Below are positions 63,979-64,000 of a DNA stretch of 64,000 nt, one piece after another (position 1 is the stretch's first letter; every line of letters starts with the position of its first letter). Source of the DNA: Bacilli bacterium (GTDB taxonomy: Bacteria; Bacillota_I; Bacilli_A; RF39; UBA660); the NCBI GenBank assembly GCA_017541325.1, contig JAFXZI010000014.1, forward strand, positions 45,741-109,740. The letters run 5' to 3'. A program made the position numbers and the translations under genes. The notes below the pieces were generated by a model. It saw only the letters and a list, made by a program, of their open reading frames with translations. It was not told where the DNA came from and made no database searches.

Positions 63979-64000
63979 AAGAATATACTGAATATTTATT

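Overview
This is a very AT-rich chromosomal segment in which all but three credible genes lie on the minus strand. It looks like a low-GC Gram-positive (Bacillota): there are three T-box leaders, a yqeG-yqeH pair, tmcAL, single-chain glyQS, and murF next to ddl. An Erysipelotrichia- or Clostridia-like lineage is only a guess. No similarity search could be run, so all product calls rest on motif recognition in the supplied translations and on my own reading of the DNA.

The backbone is housekeeping:
- tRNA synthetases: glyQS, proS, hisS-aspS and gltX.
- Central metabolism and translation: pyk, greA, fmt, a Prs-like gene and a DAHP synthase.
- Cell wall and ribosome assembly: murF-ddl and yqeG-yqeH.
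- A tRNA-Ile/Asn/Glu operon.

Accessory or surface modules are interspersed:
1. A Tad-type (type IVc) pilus assembly operon (TadE-like, TadG-like, ParA-like, CpaF/TadA, TadB, TadC) with no Flp pilin or prepilin peptidase gene. It sits directly downstream of murF-ddl and runs into yebC.
2. Two orphan giant proteins with type IV prepilin signals: a 684-aa pilin-BspA-LRR fusion, and a 1048-aa pilin with a 65-aa Lys-rich leader, tandem Ig-like modules and a Cys-rich tip.
3. An isolated two-gene operon next to the tRNA cluster. It encodes a ~1150-aa cytoplasmic protein ending in a Pol-beta / class-I CCA-adding-like nucleotidyltransferase, coupled to a GNAT-like protein. I consider this the best candidate for an undescribed system.
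4. A MoxR-DUF58-VWA-VWA-TPR (Bat-like) operon, followed by a separately transcribed 846-aa VirB6/TrbL-like polytopic protein.
5. A MurF whose N-terminal domain is replaced by a polytopic membrane domain.
6. Several secreted low-complexity or Cys-repeat proteins.

I saw no transposase, integrase, CRISPR array or rRNA.
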